Positions 1-9,446 of a DNA stretch of 64,000 bases are shown piece after piece; position 1 is the first letter of the stretch, and every line of letters starts with the position of its first letter. The notes under the pieces were generated by a model. It was not told the DNA's origin. It saw only the letters and a program-made list of their open reading frames with translations, and did no database searches. The stretch spans positions 2,425 through 66,424 of the forward strand of contig JAUHYW010000012.1 in NCBI GenBank assembly GCA_030426085.1, given 5' to 3'. This stretch comes from a bacterium. GTDB taxonomy: Bacteria > Myxococcota_A > Bradymonadia > UBA7976 > UBA1532. Position numbers and translations under genes: made by a program.

Positions 1-810
1 GAGGGCCGAGCTCAGCTCGTGCTTGGCCTTCTCGGCGGCCTCCTTGAGCCGCTGGAGGGCCATCTTGTCGGCCCGCAGGTCGATGCCCTCGGCGCCCTCG
101 AACTCCTCGAGCAGGAACTCGATGATGCGGAAGTCGAAGTCCTCACCGCCGAGGTAGGTGTCGCCGCTCGTCGAGCACACCTCGAAGACGCCCTCGGTCA
201 GCTCGAGCACCGAGATGTCGAACGTGCCCCCGCCCAGATCGTAGACCGCGATGCGCTGGCCGGCGTCCTTGTCCAGGCCGTAGGCCAGGGCCGCCGCCGT
301 GGGCTCGTTGATGATGCGCTTGACCTCGAGCCCGGCGATGCGGCCGGCGTCCTTCGTCGCCTGGCGCTGGGCGTCGTTGAAGTACGCCGGCACCGTGATC
401 ACCGCCTCGTGCACGTCGACCCCGAGGTAGTCCTCGGCGGTCTGCTTCATCTTGCCGAGGATGAAGCTGGCGATCTCGGCCGGGCTGTAGTCCTTGTCCC
501 GCAGGTGCATCCAGGCGTCGCCGTTGGGGGCCTTCTGCACCGTGTACGGCAGGCGGCCGAGGTGCTCGGCGAGCTCGGGCGCCTCGAACTTGCGCCCGAT
601 GAGCCGCTTGCTGGCGAAGACGGTGTGCTCGGGGTTGGTGATGGCCTGCCGCTTGGCGATCTGGCCCACCAGACGCTCGCCGCCCTCGGTGATGGCCACG
701 ATGGACGGCGTCGTACGGCTGCCCTCTGCGTTGGGGATCACGACCGGCTCGCCGCCTTCGATGTAGGCGACACAGCTGTTCGTCGTCCCGAGGTCGATCC
801 CGATGATCAT
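1..810 (-). CDS. dnaK: Molecular chaperone DnaK (Hsp70), 5' part; runs off the window edge
   Basis: The reverse strand from ATG 810 reads [15 protein letters not shown]...[12 protein letters not shown]...[10 protein letters not shown]...[12 protein letters not shown]...[17 protein letters not shown] lies upstream. It is absent from the ORF track because it has no stop in the window. Confidence 0.98.
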   Translation of the reverse strand, partial: MIIGIDLGTTNSCVAYIEGGEPVVIPNAEGSRTTPSIVAITEGGERLVGQIAKRQAITNPEHTVFASKRLIGRKFEAPELAEHLGRLPYTVQKAPNGDAWMHLRDKDYSPAEIASFILGKMKQTAEDYLGVDVHEAVITVPAYFNDAQRQATKDAGRIAGLEVKRIINEPTAAALAYGLDKDAGQRIAVYDLGGGTFDISVLELTEGVFEVCSTSGDTYLGGEDFDFRIIEFLLEEFEGAEGIDLRADKMALQRLKEAAEKAKHELSSAL

Positions 811-934
811 GTCTCGAACCGCTCCCCCGCAGAGTGACCCTGCGGCCCCCGCGGCATGCGGAGCCCCCGTCAGAGTCCTCATACCTCAATATGCGGTCGA
901 ACGCGACCCCGCCGCGCGCCCGACACCCGCCCCC

Positions 935-1642
935 TCAGCCGTCGGCGTCCTCCGCCGGCGGCGCCGCGTCGGCCGGCGCCTCGTCGGCCGGCGCCGGATC
1001 GGGCGCCCGGGCCACGACGACCATCGCCGGCCGCACCAGACGACCGTTGAGGCGCCACCCCCGCTGGAACACGCTGGCGACGTGCCCCGGCGCGTAATCG
1101 GCCGTCGGCATCTCGGTCATCGCCTCGTGGACCTGCGGATCGAACGGCTGCCCCAGGGCGTCGAACGGCTCGGCGCCCTTGGTCTTGAGGGTGGTGTTGA
1201 ACTGCCGCAGCACCATCTTGACCCCGTCGGTCAGCCCGTCGGTGCCCTTGCTCTCGGCGTGCTCCACCGCCCGCTCGAGGTTGTCGATGATCGGCAGCAT
1301 GTCCCGCAGCAGGCCCTCGATGCCGAACTTGCGCATCTCCTCGCGCTCCTTGGCGAAGCGCTTGCGGGCGTTGTCCAGATCGGCCGAGATGCGATAGGCC
1401 CGCGACTTCCAGTCGGCGGCCTCGGCCATCGCCGCGTCGCGCTCGGCCATCACCTCGGCGAGCGGATCGGGCTCCGGCTCGGCGTCGCCTTCACCCTGGC
1501 CCTCGGGGGCCTCGTCGCCCACCGCCTGCCACTGGGTGGTCGGGGCCTCGTCGTCGAACGGCGCGGCGGCCGGGCGCTCTTCGGTGTCGCCGGCCTCGGG
1601 GGCCTCGGCGTCATCGGGCTGATTCGGCGTGGGATCCGACAT
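935..1642 (-). CDS. grpE: Nucleotide exchange factor GrpE
   Basis: ADLDNARKR, LPIIDNLERA, FDPQVHEAM and QRGWRLNGRLVRPAMVVV motifs; lies between hrcA and dnaK. Confidence 0.97.
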   Translation of the reverse strand: MSDPTPNQPDDAEAPEAGDTEERPAAAPFDDEAPTTQWQAVGDEAPEGQGEGDAEPEPDPLAEVMAERDAAMAEAADWKSRAYRISADLDNARKRFAKEREEMRKFGIEGLLRDMLPIIDNLERAVEHAESKGTDGLTDGVKMVLRQFNTTLKTKGAEPFDALGQPFDPQVHEAMTEMPTADYAPGHVASVFQRGWRLNGRLVRPAMVVVARAPDPAPADEAPADAAPPAEDADG

Positions 1643-1678
1643 GTTCTCCTCGACAGATTCTTCGGGTGTGTCCGTGCG

Positions 1679-2737
1679 TCAGGCAGCGCGCGTCGCGTGG
1701 AGGATACCGCTGATCGCGTCGGCGGTATACCCGACCCACGGGATGATGCGCGAGTAGTTCATACGCACCGGCCCGAGGATGGCAACCGCGCCCCGGGGCC
1801 GCTGCCCGTCGCCGTAGGCCGCGCACACGATCGTGCAATCGCGCAGGGCCGCCTCGCCGGTCTCGCCCCCGAAGATCACCAGCGGCCCGCCCTCGGCCAG
1901 CCCGTCGAGCAGGCGCAGCAGCAGCCGCTTGTCCTCCAGCACCCCCAGGGCCCGCAGCCGCTCGTCGTCCGCCGGCTCGAGCAGGTGGGCCCGCCCCTCG
2001 ACCACCACCGCCTCGTCGGGGCTCTCGGCCTCGGGCAGCGCCCGCTCGCCGAACTCCAGCAGCCGCCGCTCGGGATCCTGCCGCTCGGCCCGCTCGATCT
2101 GGGCCCGCAGCGCGTGGCGCACGGCCGTCAGCGCCTGCCCGCTCCACCGCTCGGCGAACAGGTCGCGGGCCCGGGCGAGCACCTCGGCCTCGACCGGCGC
2201 GTCCAACTCGACCAGCCGATCACAGACCTCGCCGCCCTCGAAGACGCACACCGCCAGCACCCGCCGGGCGCCGAGCGGCACCAGCTCGATGCGATCGACG
2301 ATCGCGTCCGCCCGCCGGGGCCGCCGCCCCACCGCCGCCATCGTGCACGCCCCGGCCAGGTGACGCGACGCCGCCCGGACCACCGCCCCCGGCCGACGCC
2401 CGGCGGCTTGCAGCTCGGCGTCCAGCGCGCTGCGGGCGGCCGGCGAGGGCCCCCGGGGGCGCAGCAGATGATCCACATAGACCCGCAGCCCGGCCTCGGT
2501 CGGCACCCGCCCGGCCGAAGTGTGCGGCTTGTCGAGCAGGCCGGCCGCCGTCAGCTCGCCCATGACCACCCGCACCGTGGCCGGGCTGACCGACAGCCGC
2601 CCGTGGCGCACCGCCGCGTCGCTGCCGACCGCGCCGCCGGTGCGCAGGTAGCCGGCGACGACCCCTCGCAGCACCCGCGCCGCCCGGGGGCTGAGGCCCC
2701 GGGGGCCGGTCCGGCGTGATGTGTCGAGAACGGTCAC
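1679..2737 (-). CDS. hrcA: Heat-inducible transcription repressor HrcA
   Basis: N-terminal wHTH with SPATVR and KPHTSAGRVPTEAGLRVYVD; C-terminal ILGPVRMNY; hrcA-grpE-dnaK gene order. Confidence 0.95.
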   Translation of the reverse strand: MTVLDTSRRTGPRGLSPRAARVLRGVVAGYLRTGGAVGSDAAVRHGRLSVSPATVRVVMGELTAAGLLDKPHTSAGRVPTEAGLRVYVDHLLRPRGPSPAARSALDAELQAAGRRPGAVVRAASRHLAGACTMAAVGRRPRRADAIVDRIELVPLGARRVLAVCVFEGGEVCDRLVELDAPVEAEVLARARDLFAERWSGQALTAVRHALRAQIERAERQDPERRLLEFGERALPEAESPDEAVVVEGRAHLLEPADDERLRALGVLEDKRLLLRLLDGLAEGGPLVIFGGETGEAALRDCTIVCAAYGDGQRPRGAVAILGPVRMNYSRIIPWVGYTADAISGILHATRAA

Positions 2738-2745
2738 GGGGTCGG

Positions 2746-2775
2746 ATTCTATCGGCGGCTGCGCGGCGGGGTCAA
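2746..2775 (-). promoter_or_regulatory. Candidate sigma70-type promoter of hrcA-grpE-dnaK
   Basis: Minus strand TTGACC (2775-2770), 18-nt spacer, TAGAAT (2751-2746), ending 8 nt before the GTG at 2737. Confidence 0.6.
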
Positions 2776-2845
2776 TAGACGATAACCCATTGTATTCCAG
2801 TGTCTTGCGAGGCGACGCCCCGCTGACGTGCCCCCCGGCGCCGGC

Positions 2846-4969
2846 TCACTTCTGCTGCCACGCATAGGCCCCGTCCCAGCCCTCGGGCGGGGGGTCGACC
2901 TCGTAGCGCGCGCAGCGATCCCGCAGCAGCCGCGCCGCGCCGTCGCCCGGCGAGGCCTGCACGATCCGATCGAAGGCCGCCCGGGCGGCGGCGAAGTCCC
3001 CCGCCGTGTAGAGCCGCATCGCGGCGTCGTGGCGCTCGGCGCGGGCCCGCACCGCGGGATCGGCGCCCTCGACCGGCGCGAGCGGCTCGTAGATCGGGGT
3101 CGGGGTGAGCCGCCCCTTCACGATGATGGTGTCGACCCACCGATAGACCACCCGCCCGGCCGTCGCGCGCTGGACCTCACCGCTGACGAGGACCCGGGTG
3201 CCATACTGCTTGTTGATGCTCTCCAGGCGGGCGCAGAGGTTCATCATGTCGCCCAGGGCGGTGTACTTGAGGCGGGCGGGCGAGCCCAGGTTGCCCACCC
3301 GGGCCACGCCGACATGGACCCCGATCCGGGTCTCCAGCTCGGGCCAGCCCCGCGCCGCGAAGTCGGCGTTGAGCCGATCGAAGCGCGCCTGACACGCCAG
3401 CGTGGCGACCACCGCCCGGCGGGGGTGGTCCTCGAGCGGCACCGGGGCGTTCCAGAAGGCGATGACCGCGTCGCCGATGTACTCGATGACGGTGCCCCCG
3501 CTCTCCGCGATGCCGTCGGCGAACGCGTCGAAGTACATCCGCATCATCTCGATGAGCACATCGGGCGGGGTCGACTCGGAGAAGGTGGTGAAGCCGGCGA
3601 TGTCGGAGAACATCACCGTCAGCTCGGCCGGCTCGACGCCGAGCACCGCCTCGCCCCGGTCGAGCATGAGCCGGCGGACGACCGGCTTGGGCACGTAGCG
3701 CCCGAACGAGCGCAGGGCGCCGTTCATCGCGGCCATCGAGTCCTGCATGACCCGGATCTCAGAGAAGGCCGACGGGGGGGGCTTCTCCTCGGGGATGTCG
3801 AAGTCGGCCACCTGCCGCATGTAATCGCTGACCGCCCGGAGCGCGCCGCCCACCCGGCGGCTGAAGACGCTGATGGTGAGGCCGGTGAGCAGCATGAGGG
3901 CGGTGAAGAGCATCCAGGTGGTGCGGATGTTCTCATCGATCGGCCCGGTGAACTCCTTCTCGGGCACCGCGACCACCCCGAGCCAGTCGATGCCCCTCTG
4001 GCGGATGGAGATCGCCCGCACCAGGATGACCCGATCATCGAGCTCGAACTCGGACGTCAGCGGCCGATCGATGTCGCCGAACCCGCCCGGCCGAGCCGCG
4101 ATGTGGCGGGCGGTGGCCTGGATGAGCGGGTGCTCGAAGTCCACCGCCCGGAACAGCTCGGGCTTCGCGTTCGTCCCGCCGGCCACCCGACCCTCGACCG
4201 ACGTCGCGACCAGCTTGCCGTCCCGCTGCGCGATGAAGAGCACCCCCGCCTCGGCGTTGCCGATGCGGATGGTGCGCAGGTAGCTGGCGATGTCGGCGAG
4301 CAGCAGATCACTGGCGAGGACGCCGAGCACCGCCCCCTGCGCGTCGAAGAACGGCCGCACCGCCGTGATGGTCACCCGGGGCTCGGTCTCCTTCTTCTCA
4401 TCGAGGAAGAAAGCGTAGACCGGCGACCAGGTCGGCTTGCCCGCCTCGAGCGCCGCCCGGTACCACGGCCGCCCGCGGGTGTCGTAGTCGTCCCGGTGGG
4501 TCAGGTGGGTGCGGCTGCCGTCCCGGGCGATGATCGCGGTCATCAGGGGGCTCGGGGGCCCGGGCGCCTTGGTCACCTGATGGATGCTGCCGTCCTCGAC
4601 CTGCCGCTCCAGGCTCACCAGCTCGTTGGTCTCGAGCCCGACGAGCACCGTGCTGATGTCGGGGCGGGCGACGAGCTGCTGATAGAAGTAGTCGGCCGCG
4701 CGCAGGGGTTCGGTCAGCGGCAGCAGCCCGGCGCGGAAGGCCGCCGCGTTGAGCTCGTTGATGATGGCCGGCTCGTCGAGCAGCCGCCCGATCCGCAGCG
4801 CGACCCGCTGCCCGACCTGATCGAGCAGCGGCTCGCGGATGTCGCGCACCGCCTGGCTGCTGGCCCGGCTCCCCATCCACGCCGACAGGGACAGCACGAC
4901 CCAGATCTGGCCGAGCACCAGCACCAGCAGCAGCGCTCGGATCGAATAGGTGCGCCGGCGATTCCCCAT
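2846..4969 (-). CDS. Membrane class III nucleotidyl cyclase (Cache-like sensor, HAMP-like linker, cyclase, TPR-like tail)
   Basis: Two TM segments flank an extracytoplasmic domain (DTRGRPWY). Cyclase motifs are FSDIAGFT, EYIGDA, RIGVHVG and YTALGDMMNLCARLES. Confidence 0.92.
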   Translation of the reverse strand: MGNRRRTYSIRALLLVLVLGQIWVVLSLSAWMGSRASSQAVRDIREPLLDQVGQRVALRIGRLLDEPAIINELNAAAFRAGLLPLTEPLRAADYFYQQLVARPDISTVLVGLETNELVSLERQVEDGSIHQVTKAPGPPSPLMTAIIARDGSRTHLTHRDDYDTRGRPWYRAALEAGKPTWSPVYAFFLDEKKETEPRVTITAVRPFFDAQGAVLGVLASDLLLADIASYLRTIRIGNAEAGVLFIAQRDGKLVATSVEGRVAGGTNAKPELFRAVDFEHPLIQATARHIAARPGGFGDIDRPLTSEFELDDRVILVRAISIRQRGIDWLGVVAVPEKEFTGPIDENIRTTWMLFTALMLLTGLTISVFSRRVGGALRAVSDYMRQVADFDIPEEKPPPSAFSEIRVMQDSMAAMNGALRSFGRYVPKPVVRRLMLDRGEAVLGVEPAELTVMFSDIAGFTTFSESTPPDVLIEMMRMYFDAFADGIAESGGTVIEYIGDAVIAFWNAPVPLEDHPRRAVVATLACQARFDRLNADFAARGWPELETRIGVHVGVARVGNLGSPARLKYTALGDMMNLCARLESINKQYGTRVLVSGEVQRATAGRVVYRWVDTIIVKGRLTPTPIYEPLAPVEGADPAVRARAERHDAAMRLYTAGDFAAARAAFDRIVQASPGDGAARLLRDRCARYEVDPPPEGWDGAYAWQQK

Positions 4970-5177
4970 GGGCGCGGCTCCTTCGACCGGATGCCGGGCC
5001 GCTGCGCGCGCGGCGGCCCGGCACCCGACGAGGATACCCCCCCGGGCGAAGAATCACACCATGAACGGAACGATACACTGATGGTGGAACCGGCGGGCGC
5101 CGGCCGACGGGGCGCGCCCGCGGCCGCCGCGGCCGTGATACCCTGCGCCGCCCGCAACCCCACCACGGAGGCGCGCG

Positions 5178-6275
5178 ATGGGCCGAGACACCGACGGCGC
5201 CCGGATCGGCGCGGCGCAGATCGAAGACTACCTGCGGCGGCACGGCTTCCCCGACGCCCGGATCACCGCCTTCGAGCCGCTGGGCGGCGACACCGCCTCG
5301 GGCATCAAGGGCTACGGCTACGGGCGCCCGCTGCGCATCCGCTTCGATGCCGGCGGCGCGACCCACGACCGGGTGCTGCGCACGATGTCGCCCGACCCCT
5401 TCGACCACGAGCGGCGGGCCGACCGGGCCGACGTGCTCCTGCTGGCCTACGACACCTTCAACCAGATCCCGCGCCACATCCGGGCCCTGGACGTGGGCGC
5501 CTTCACCGCCGACGGCCGCCTGATCTCGATGGCCGACGGCGAGGTCTTCCTGGTCACCGACTACGTCGAGGGGCGGCTCTACGCCGACGACCTCGGCGCG
5601 ATGCGGGGGCGGACCGAGGCGACATCGCTCGACCTGCTGCGGGCCCGGGCGCTGGCGGCCTACCTCGCCGAACTGCACCGGGTCGAGGCCGACCCCGGCG
5701 CCTGGACCCGTTGCCTGCGGGACACGGTGGGCAGCGGAGAGGGCATCTTCGGGCTGTGCGACAGCTACCCCGACGACCACCCGGTGGCCACCCGCGACCG
5801 GCTCGTGGCCATCGAGAAGGCGGCCATCGACTGGCGCTGGCGCCTGCGGAGCCGCACCGACCGCGCCCGGCGGACCCACGGCGACTTCCACCCGTTCAAC
5901 ATCCTCTTCCGCGAGGGCGACGACTTCTCGGTGCTCGACTGCAGCCGGGGCGCGGCGGGGGCCCCGGCCGACGACCTCGCCGCGCTGACGATCAACTACC
6001 TCTTCTTCGCGCTGAGCCACGACGGACACTTCGCCGGCGCCCTGAGAGACGCCTGGCGGGCCCTGTGGACGACCTACCTCGAGGCCGGCGACCGGGGCGT
6101 GCTCGAGACCATCGCCCCGTTCTTCGCCTGGCGGGGGCTGGTGGTCGCCAGCCCGGTCTGGTACCCGGCGGTCGACGACGGGGTGCGCGACCGGCTGCTG
6201 CGCTTTGTCGAGCGGCTGCTGGCCGGCGCCCCGTTCGACCCGTTCGACCTCGACCCGCTGCTGGGCGACCGATGA
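5178..6275 (+). CDS. APH/choline-kinase-like phosphotransferase
   Basis: Brenner-type HGDFHPFNI motif, downstream LDCSR metal-binding Asp, LAELH; GGAGG upstream. Confidence 0.8.
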   Translation: MGRDTDGARIGAAQIEDYLRRHGFPDARITAFEPLGGDTASGIKGYGYGRPLRIRFDAGGATHDRVLRTMSPDPFDHERRADRADVLLLAYDTFNQIPRHIRALDVGAFTADGRLISMADGEVFLVTDYVEGRLYADDLGAMRGRTEATSLDLLRARALAAYLAELHRVEADPGAWTRCLRDTVGSGEGIFGLCDSYPDDHPVATRDRLVAIEKAAIDWRWRLRSRTDRARRTHGDFHPFNILFREGDDFSVLDCSRGAAGAPADDLAALTINYLFFALSHDGHFAGALRDAWRALWTTYLEAGDRGVLETIAPFFAWRGLVVASPVWYPAVDDGVRDRLLRFVERLLAGAPFDPFDLDPLLGDR

Positions 6276-6832
6276 GCGAGCGAGCGCCCATCGCCGGGCT
6301 GCGCGGCGCGATCGTCTGGCTGTGCGGGGTGCCGGCGAGCGGCAAGACGACGCTCGCCGAGGGCTTGGTGGGGCGCCTGCGCGCGGCCGACGTGGACGTC
6401 CTGTGGCTCGACAGCGACGACCTGCGGGCGGTGATGACCCCCGACGGGGACTATGGCCCCCGCGACCGGGCGATCTTCTACGCCACCGTCGCCCACCTCG
6501 CGCTGCGGGCCAACCGGGGCGGCGTCACGGTGGTCATCAGCGCCACCGCGCCCCACAAGGCCCCCCGCGACGCGGTGCGGGCCGGGGCCCGGCGCTTCCA
6601 CGAGGTGTGGCTGACCTGCGACCGGGCGGCGCTGCGCGGGGCGCGGGACATCAAAGGCCTCTACGCCGCGGCCGACGCGGGCGCGATCACCCGGCTGCCG
6701 GGGGTCGGGGTGCCCTTCGAGCCGCCGACCGCGGCCGACGCGATCACGCTCGACACCACCGACACCCCGCCCGCGGCGGCGCTCGACGCGCTGCTGACGG
6801 CGCTGGGTGTGGAGGCCGGCGATCGAGGGTGA
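6272..6832 (+). CDS. Adenylyl-sulfate kinase (CysC)-like P-loop kinase
   Basis: ATGA overlap with the upstream gene; IVWLCGVPASGKTT, LDSDDLR, RDIKGLY and PGVGVPFEPP. It is the C-terminal part of track ORF 2828..6832. Confidence 0.85.
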   Translation: MSERAPIAGLRGAIVWLCGVPASGKTTLAEGLVGRLRAADVDVLWLDSDDLRAVMTPDGDYGPRDRAIFYATVAHLALRANRGGVTVVISATAPHKAPRDAVRAGARRFHEVWLTCDRAALRGARDIKGLYAAADAGAITRLPGVGVPFEPPTAADAITLDTTDTPPAAALDALLTALGVEAGDRG

Positions 6833-6865
6833 GCCCGCCGGGTCGGGGTGCCGGGCCCCTCGTCT

Positions 6866-7188
6866 GGGCGCAGCGGGCACGGCGGATGGGGGTGTCGGTC
6901 GCGCAGATTTCGAAGGGCCGACGGCGCGCCGCGCGACGCGGGTCGGGGCCGGGCCATGAGGGGCACGGCGGATCGGGGGTCGGGCAGGGCGATCGGGCGC
7001 AGCGGGCACGGCGGATGGGGGTGTCGGTCGCGCGAATTTCGAAGGGCCGACGGCGCGCCGCGCGACGCGGGTCGGGGGTGGGCCATGAGGGGCACGGCGG
7101 ATCGGGGGTCGCACAGGGCGATGGGGCGCAGCGGGCACGGCGAATCGGGGTGTCGGTCGCGCAGATTTCGAAGGGCCGACGGCGCGCC
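6866..7188. repeat. About 2.5 tandem copies of a 129-bp unit between convergent genes
   Basis: Units start at 6866, 6995 and 7124 (GGGCGCAGCGGGCACGGCG...TGTCGGTCGCGC...ATTTCGAAGGGCCGACGGCGCGCC) with few substitutions. Confidence 0.95.
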
Positions 7189-7201
7189 CGGCCGCGCTCG
7201 A

Positions 7202-8731
7202 TCAACCCCGGCCGACCCACGCCGACAGCCCGCCCGCCCGGCGGGCGGTGCCCAGCGCCCGGATCACGACGATCAGCGGCAGCACCATCACCGCCAGCTC
7301 GTGCAGCGGCGTCACCCACGGCGGGTGCAGCACCAGCGCCGCCAGCGCGCCCAGCGCCAGGAGGAAGGCCGGCCACAGCGCGGGCAGGATCAGGAACACC
7401 ACCATCCCGTTCATCGCCGTCACCAGCACCGCGTCGAACGCCTGGATGATCGGCGGGCCGACCCCGTAGACCAGCCCCACCACCGGCATCATCACCTTGG
7501 CCGGCATCATCACCAGCAGCCACAGCGCCGCCCGGCGGTGCAGCTCCGAGGCCCGCAGCACGCGGTGGAACGGCAGCAGGCAGGCCAGCAGGAACGCGCT
7601 GATCCACAGCTCGGAGACCACCAGATCGACCGCGGTGAGCGTCGCCTCCTCCGACCGCCGGACGAAGAGCGCCACCGCGATGACCACCCCGAACAGGCCG
7701 ATGACCGCCAGCCGGGCCCGCCAGCCGATCAGCTCGTCGTCCGACACCCGGGCCTCGAGCGCCGCGATGAGGGCCTCCATCGACCCGAAGCGCCGCGCCG
7801 GATCGGGCGCCAGCCCCCGCAGCACCACCTCGAGCAGCGCCCCGGGCACCGCGACGTCCGCCGGCGGGGGCAGCACCGCGCCCCGGGTGACCGCCAGCTT
7901 GAGCCCGATGAGCGAGTCCCGGGGGAACGGCGCCTGCCCGCACAGCGCCTCGTAGAACGCCACCGAGAACGCGAACTGGTCCGAGCGGGCGGTCGGCGGC
8001 TGGCGGGCCATCAGCTCGGGGGCCATGTAGGCCGGGGTGCCCATGACGTGCCCGGTGCGGGTGAGCCGGTCGACCAGCAGCCGGTCGGAGCGGGACATGT
8101 CGTCGCTGTCGGTGAAGCGGGCGTCCTGCCGCCGGGCCCGGGCGAGCAGCGCGTCGTCGTCCGCCGCGTCGTCGGCGTCGTCCGCGAGCGGGGGCGCGTC
8201 CACCGCCCGGGCGAGGCCGAAGTCGATGATGCGCGGCCGCCCGTCGCCGTCGACGAGCACGTTGTCCGGCTTGAAGTCCCGGTGCACCAGCCCCGCCGCG
8301 TGGGCCGCCGCCAGCCCCCGGGCCACCTCGCCGTACATCCGGGCCGTCTCGCGCCACGGCCGCGGCTCGGCCTGCCAGGCGCCGAGGGTCGGCCCGTCGA
8401 CGAACTCCATCGCGATGAACAGCCGCCCGTCGTGCTGCCCGACCTCGAAGATCTGGACCACGTTGGGGTGGTTCACCCGGGCCATCGCCAGGGCCTCCCG
8501 CCGGATGCGCTCCTGCTGGCGACCGGCGGTCGAGCTGCGCAGCACCTTCAGCGCCACCCGACGGTCGAGGGCCGGGTCGTAGGCCGCGTACACCGTGCCC
8601 ATCGCCCCCGCGCCGGCCTGCCCGATGAGCACGAAGCGGCCGAAGCGCGGCGCTTGCTCGGGCTCGTCGGTGGAGAGCGGGATGGGGGCGGACACGGCGG
8701 ACTCCGGCGTGATCGGGGGCCGGTCCAGCAT
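7202..8731 (-). CDS. Ser/Thr protein kinase with multi-pass membrane C-terminus
   Basis: GAGAMGTVY, VALK, HRDFKPDN, DFG and GTPAYMAPE; several hydrophobic helices at the C-terminus. Confidence 0.93.
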   Translation of the reverse strand: MLDRPPITPESAVSAPIPLSTDEPEQAPRFGRFVLIGQAGAGAMGTVYAAYDPALDRRVALKVLRSSTAGRQQERIRREALAMARVNHPNVVQIFEVGQHDGRLFIAMEFVDGPTLGAWQAEPRPWRETARMYGEVARGLAAAHAAGLVHRDFKPDNVLVDGDGRPRIIDFGLARAVDAPPLADDADDAADDDALLARARRQDARFTDSDDMSRSDRLLVDRLTRTGHVMGTPAYMAPELMARQPPTARSDQFAFSVAFYEALCGQAPFPRDSLIGLKLAVTRGAVLPPPADVAVPGALLEVVLRGLAPDPARRFGSMEALIAALEARVSDDELIGWRARLAVIGLFGVVIAVALFVRRSEEATLTAVDLVVSELWISAFLLACLLPFHRVLRASELHRRAALWLLVMMPAKVMMPVVGLVYGVGPPIIQAFDAVLVTAMNGMVVFLILPALWPAFLLALGALAALVLHPPWVTPLHELAVMVLPLIVVIRALGTARRAGGLSAWVGRG

Positions 8732-8878
8732 CGTCGAATCGACCCGATCACCGAAAGAAATGCGCGGGCGGCGGCGCCTGCCGATCTTGACGCTGCCCGG
8801 CGGCCCGCGTCAGATGACGACCACCAGTCGCGGCCGGGTCGGGCAGAACGGCCGCTCGAGACGGAGGACGCGCCCGAC

Positions 8879-9442
8879 ATGGACACCGAGACCGAGGTCA
8901 CCCGCCTGCTCCAGGACGCCACCCGGGGCGATCCCAAGGCCGAAGCGGCGCTCATCGACGCGGTCTACGCCGACCTGCGCCGGCGGGCCGGGGCGATGAT
9001 GAAGCGGGAGAACCCCGACCACACGCTCCAGCCGACGGCGCTGGTGCACGAGACCTGGATGCGGCTCATCCGCCAGGAGAACGTGGACTGGAAGGGCAAG
9101 GCCCACTTCCTCGCCGTCGCCTCGACCCTGATGCGGCGCATCCTCGTCGACCACGCCCGCAAGCGCAACGCGGCCCGGCGGGGCGGCGGGGCCCCCAAGA
9201 TCTCGCTGGAGGACGGCCTGGGGCTGACCACCGACAGCGACGCCGACGTGCTCGCGCTGCACGAGGCGCTCGAGCAGCTCGGCGCGCTCGACGCCCGCCA
9301 GGCCGACATCGTGGTGATGCGCTTCTTCGGCGGGCTGACCAACGCCGAGTGCGGGGTGGTGCTGGGGGTCTCGACCCGCACCGTCGAGGGCGACTGGGCC
9401 ATGGCCCGGGCCTGGCTGCGCCGCCGCCTCACCCGCGGCTGA
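8879..9442 (+). CDS. ECF-type sigma-70 factor of the kinase-associated type (ECF43-like)
   Basis: MDTETEVTRLL...VYADLRRRA...HTLQPTALVHE...MRRILVDHAR...RFFGGLT...DWAMARAWL; GGAGG upstream of ATG 8879. Confidence 0.92.
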   Translation: MDTETEVTRLLQDATRGDPKAEAALIDAVYADLRRRAGAMMKRENPDHTLQPTALVHETWMRLIRQENVDWKGKAHFLAVASTLMRRILVDHARKRNAARRGGGAPKISLEDGLGLTTDSDADVLALHEALEQLGALDARQADIVVMRFFGGLTNAECGVVLGVSTRTVEGDWAMARAWLRRRLTRG

Positions 9443-9446
9443 GCCC

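Noticed and set aside
19..837. 272-aa plus-strand ORF
   Set aside because: It is the antisense shadow of dnaK, the well-known spurious frame opposite hsp70 genes.
811..934. CIRCE or sigma32 promoter before dnaK
   Set aside because: No CIRCE palindrome; only a weak CCGCATAT with no matching -35.
2828..6271. 1334-aa ORF as one giant protein
   Set aside because: Only the last 186 aa (from 6272) are a recognisable kinase. The rest is antisense to the cyclase or out of frame with the phosphotransferase.
6866..7188. CRISPR array or repeat protein
   Set aside because: The intervening segments are themselves repeated rather than unique spacers, there are no cas genes, and the open frames are Arg/Gly/Pro-rich GC artefacts.
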